A stretch of DNA of 63,478 nt, filler included, from Calcarisporiella thermophila CBS 279.70 (lineage: Eukaryota; Fungi; Calcarisporiellomycota): NCBI RefSeq assembly GCF_041956535.1. It is 9 parts of 8 records of this genome, joined end to end, with 100 filler letters (N's around TTAATTAATTAA, not from the genome) between each part and the next. Parts side by side here need not be neighbours in the genome. Positions count along the whole stretch, not along the records: positions 60,785 to 63,478 come from NW_027192209.1; 8 more parts are not named here. One strand, given 5' to 3'. Below, piece by piece: positions 62,550 to 63,478 of this stretch. The translations under genes and the position numbers were made by a program. Each line of letters starts with the position of its first letter. Position 1 is the stretch's first letter. Under the pieces are notes generated by a model, which saw nothing but the letters and a program-made list of their open reading frames with translations, did no database searches and was not told where the DNA came from.

Positions 62550-63230
62550 ATTAAAATCAACAAAATTGTAAACTAAGCAATCCAGTGTACAGAGCATGGC
62601 CCTAATATGTCTTTAGGCCAATGTTGGGTGAAAATATGGTAAAATGAAAGTAAGCTTAATACTATAGATGCAGCGTCAATTCATTGAAAAAGCATTTCCT
62701 CGTCAATGGTGAAGCGTTTTTTCACTAGCAATGGGTAGTAGAGACCGAGTTGAGCTAAGTTTGAGTCCAGGTTTTCATATCTATAACCATTTTCATTCTA
62801 CGAATATATTCTTTTTTTAAACTAGTCAAACTAAGCAGAAGCATATGCTTACTATCTTTTCATTCTTCATAATCAATTCTACATAACCAATCCACTGCGT
62901 CATTGTTCAAATAGGAGTCACCATGTCTTTCACTGATCAAATAAAAATATTATATTTGATCAGTGAAAAACTCTTGCTGAAAACTCTACATATTTATTGT
63001 ATAGTTTTCAAATTTCACAATAGATATAGTAACGGTTAGAAGCTTTGGCTTGCCAAATTAAATTATTCTTCAATCCGATTATATCTTCATAATTAACTCT
63101 AAATTACATAACAATTATATACTATAAAATCCTACTCATACCATTTTTATTTCATATAGAGTAATATTATTATTAATAGGTACTTTTAGAAAAAACTTTC
63201 TCATAGCATCCTTAGTTTCATTCAAAACAT

Positions 63231-63391
63231 TCATTTGGATTCCAAGCGGAAGATTGGATCGATGTTATCTTTTGATGACACCGCGACTACGAGATCCTTA
63301 ATTAGACCAATGGGCAAGTCGTAAATCCAGCCGTGGACGGTCACCATATGATTGGAATCCCATGCATTCTGTAGCGGTCCTTTTTGGTAGA
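63231..63391 (-). CDS. last exon of a beta-class carbonic anhydrase (Nce103/Can-like); gene continues beyond the window
   Basis: Not in the ORF track. Translates ...LQNAWDSNHMVTVHGWIYDLPIGLIKDL...FRLESK*, matching the beta-CA C-terminal QxAW...VHGWxYDxxxGxxxDL motif. AG acceptor at 63393-63392. Confidence 0.72.
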
Positions 63392-63478
63392 CTTAATAAT
63401 AATAGTATAGCAAAATTGGTGAGGAACCATAAGCAAAAACAAAGGAATTAAATAATCGAAGAAATAATCGGATGATAT

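Overview
Eukaryotic, intron-containing, AT-rich sequence, most likely from an early-diverging fungus (Mucoromycota/Zoopagomycota inferred from gene and transposon content, not proven). Eight artificial 100-nt spacers (N-run, TTAATTAATTAA, N-run) and one 495-N gap split the window, so adjacency across them is unverified. Recognisable genes: a secreted S1 serine protease, an ABCF ATPase, two tandem secreted 8-Cys peptides with a KP6-like Cys pattern, tRNA-Leu(CAG), a Bqt4-like APSES protein, Mpv17/Sym1, an intronless secreted protein resembling a plant uncharacterised family, ferroportin, a group II PLP decarboxylase, tRNA-Ile(AAT), a C2H2 factor, an ankyrin array, a DUF4436 membrane protein, a P450, a Crinkler-like P-loop pseudogene, an AAA-ATPase-like/PD-(D/E)XK gene and the last exon of a beta-carbonic anhydrase. 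Transposon content is dense: two DIRS elements (one with complete ITR/ICR architecture, one with an intact adenine-methyltransferase domain), at least five solo LTRs with target-site duplications, two L1-like LINE families and Tc1 relics. The most notable signals are (1) a tRNA-derived SINE in two copies, with TSDs and an encoded CCA, whose 3' tail and hairpin match a LINE 3' end in the same window, (2) a conserved pseudoknot-like RNA at the 3' end of a second LINE family, (3) the tandem KP6-like peptides and (4) the plant-like secreted protein divergently paired with ferroportin.
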